A stretch of 64,000 nt of DNA from Utricularia gibba (Eukaryota > Plantae > Magnoliophyta), in the NCBI GenBank assembly GCA_002189035.1, contig NEEC01000012.1:186001-250000 (forward strand), read 5' to 3'. This document shows, in pieces, positions 62,533-64,000 of this stretch. Position 1 is the stretch's first letter, and each line of letters starts with the position of its first letter. Made by a program: the position numbers and the translations under genes. The notes under the pieces were generated by a model. The model saw only the letters and a program-made list of their open reading frames with translations, was not told where the DNA came from and did no database searches.

Positions 62533-64000
62533 ATGGAATCCCTGAAGCCGATCCTCGCCGTCGCCGCAGAAAAGCTTGACAAACTCCACGCCGGCTACTT
62601 TCGAATCACTCTCTCCCTCTGCTCCCAAGTTCTCCTGTGGAAGATCCTTCTCCAACCTCATCATGATCGTAGAACCGATATCCGGGTTTCAAGAACCTTC
62701 TACTTCACCTTCCTCGGCATTGCCTGGTCCCTCTCCCTCCTCGTTCTCATCCTCCTCTCCTTGCTCTACTCCCTCAAATGCCTGCTCCGGTTCAAGACCA
62801 TTAAAGCGGAGTTCACACACCACATCGGAGTTAACTATCTTTTCGCGCCGTGGATATCCTGGCTTCTCGTGATCGAAGCGGCGCCGTTTGTCACCCCGAG
62901 GACGGTCACCTTTGTGGCCCTCTGGTGGATCTTCGCCCTGCCGGTGGTTGTTCTCGATGTTAAGATATACGGGGAATGGTTCACCAAGGGGAAGAGGTAA
63001 TCAATCCTTGCCCCTCTTGCTCGCAATATTATTTTATTACCGATATTTATAGATATATTTTCTGAATACAATTTTATCTATAATTTATAAAAAAAAAATC
63101 TTAGGTATCTAACGGCGGTGGCTAATCCGACGAGCCAGTTGACTGTCATTGGGAATCTGATAGGATCACGTGCTGCCGCGAAGATGGGGTGGAAGGAGGT
63201 GTCGGTGCTTCTTTTCTCTCTAGGGATGGCGCATTATTTGGTGCTTTTCGTTACTCTTTACCAGCGGCTCCCTGGCGGCGAGCAGCTTCCGGCGATGCTC
63301 CGGCCGACCTTCTTTCTGTTCTTCGCCGCCCCCAGCGTCGCCAGCCTCGCTTGGTACTCCATTTCCGGAAGCTTCGACACCGTTTCCAAGATGCTGTTTT
63401 TCCTCTCGCTTTTCCTCTTCGCCTCACTGGTGCCCTCCTTTTTCCCATTTATTTTTTTTCAAAGATAATTGATTGCCCACATGCACACTCAGACCTATAA
63501 AGCGTGTCTCCTCACTCTAGTGGTGAGGTTATCGTTTTCAAACACACAGTTAGCTCTGACTTTTATATGAATTAAAATAATGTTGTCTGCTGAATTCCAC
63601 GGCTTTAGCTGCGTTGACATTTTTCTTCTTACATTATTTATTAGAATTCTATACGGTTAGGAAACAGCTTAGGGCTAGGTTGAGTCATGCACAGACAATA
63701 GCCGTCCCACTTCTATTCATATACCCTCTCGAAACCTAGCTTCCAGGTTCATCCTGTGCGTTAATTATTCTATAATATACCTGTGTAGGTGTGCAGGCCA
63801 AAGCTGTTTACGATTGCGATGAAGAGGTTCACCGTGGCGTGGTGGGCATACTCCTTCCCCATCACCATGCTAGCGCTAGCCTCCACGAGGTACGCGGAAG
63901 AGGTGGAGGGAGGGTTCCCTCACGGCGTTCGGATCGCTCTATCTGCACTCTCCGTTTTCGTGCTTCTCAGCCTCCTCTGTGCCTCCATCTTCGATCGCAA
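62533..64000 (+). CDS. SLAC1-homolog S-type anion channel, SLAH1/SLAH4 type; exons 62533-62996, 63105-63429, 63789->64000 (3' end outside the window)
   Basis: LHAGYFRITLSLCSQ.LLWK, AEF.HHIGVNYLFAPWISWLL, DVKIYGEWFTKGKR, VANPTSQL.VIGNL, HYLVLFVTLYQRL, FFLFFAAPSVASLAW, VAWWAYSFP; short N-terminus. Confidence 0.93.

Noticed and set aside
63590-63620. TTCCACGGCTTT resembling the miR396 5' end
   Set aside because: The match ends after 12 nt, it lies in a SLAH intron and no complementary arm is visible.

Overview
AT-rich plant (eudicot-like) nuclear DNA. It holds 12 apparently intact or near-intact genes: a EULS3-type lectin (one 1-nt frameshift), CYP86B-type P450, a single-domain ubiquitin-like gene, plastid RPS9, a DUF547/MIP1-zipper gene, a LEA_2 gene, LHCA5, an LCM-family SAM methyltransferase, plastid RPL31, a short SEC14/SFH gene, a SHI/STY gene and a SLAH1/4-type anion channel cut by the window end. 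There is also a multiply-broken DCL pseudogene. TE content: a decayed Mutator-like element carrying a convergent plant-mobile-domain (PMD) gene and an alternating palindrome array (3.5-8.4 kb); two inverted copies of one Athila-like LTR (one a clean solo LTR with TSD); and a TE block at about 41-54 kb with three copia-type elements. One of these is nested in a gypsy gag, has a tRNA-Trp-complementary PBS and lacks its gag capsid region. Exon boundaries were placed by hand from GT-AG signals and frame arithmetic. Family calls come from recalled motifs, not database searches. I found no clear wholly new system. The best candidates for novelty are the MULE-PMD/palindrome-array pair and the Trp-primed, capsid-deleted copia.
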